Shown here piece by piece: positions 63,556 to 64,000 of a stretch of 64,000 nt of DNA. A program made the position numbers and the translations under genes. The stretch lies in assembly GCF_006345805.1 (NCBI RefSeq), contig NC_043009.1, forward strand, positions 36,332,001-36,396,000. Direction: 5' to 3'. Source of the DNA: Octopus sinensis. Lineage: Eukaryota. The notes under the pieces were generated by a model, which worked only from the letters and a program-made list of their open reading frames with translations, was not told the origin of the DNA and ran no database searches. Every line of letters starts with the position of its first letter. Within the stretch, counting starts at the first letter, position 1.

Positions 63556-64000
63556 CTAGCTGTCCTCCTTATTTGTTTCCATTAGAGCTGTCTCTATGAT
63601 GGTCTCTAAGGCATTCGTTACTCTACTAACTTGGTTATTATTACACTGCTCCAGCCAGAACAGGCGAAACTTGGGTTGGAAGGCATCAGCCAGTTGGCAC
63701 TCCAGGTGTTCTTGGAGGAGCCCAAACCTTTTCGTGATGCCTGCCAGTATTGCATCTACTAGAGGACTGCAGTACAGGAGATGTTTGAACTTGGTCTCCT
63801 TCAACTTCATAACAGTAGCCACTACAGTTGGCAGAAGACTCCCAAGATAGGCCTGGTCCTCCCACTGGATTTTATTCAAGGCTTTGGCAACATTAGACAT
63901 CACCTGGGCATACTCTGTCAAGAAGCTGACATCAGAATTAGTGAAGGTCTGCAGCTTCAGCTGTGTCAACACCCTGTGGACAGCTCCGCTATTCTTCTCC
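63556..64000 (-). mobile_element. hAT transposase fragment, Tol2/Ac-like; continues beyond the window
   Basis: FLTEYAQVMSNVAKALNKIQ...YLGSLLPTV...LLYCSPLVDAILAGITKRF...ECQLA..FQPKFRLFW parallels remembered Tol2 FL.EW..TM.PVAK.LDILQ...LGWLLP...LRYC.PLVDAL..GI..RF...PKFR..W. Confidence 0.85.

Overview
Eukaryotic, AT-rich, microsatellite- and retroelement-dense window; the repeat content looks cephalopod (Octopus-like), which is my inference. Most of it is one minus-strand gene, TAF1 (TFIID subunit 1). I traced 37 coding exons from 52745 down to 485, all with GT-AG boundaries and matching phases (5056 nt, about 1685 codons). They cover the TAND N-terminus, the central TAF7-binding region, the zinc knuckle and both bromodomains; the C-terminal tail probably lies beyond base 1. 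A likely non-coding first exon and promoter lie near 59.7-59.84 kb. Head-to-head on the plus strand is the first coding exon of lipoyl synthase (LIAS, 61557-61750). Introns hold Tx1/L1, R4/Dong-like, RTE (including a BovB-like end) and probable CR1 LINE fragments, two SINE families, mariner/piggyBac/hAT MITEs, a Helitron helicase ORF, a Tol2-like hAT transposase fragment, a 2-kb 29-bp minisatellite and two long inverted repeats. The best leads are: (TAA)n tracts shared by several retroelement classes and abutting TAF1 splice acceptors; long intronic hairpins; a locally templated insertion into a SINE; and candidate alternative splice events in TAF1. I found no clearly new biological system. 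All protein and family identities come from remembered sequences, not database searches, and repeat boundaries are approximate.
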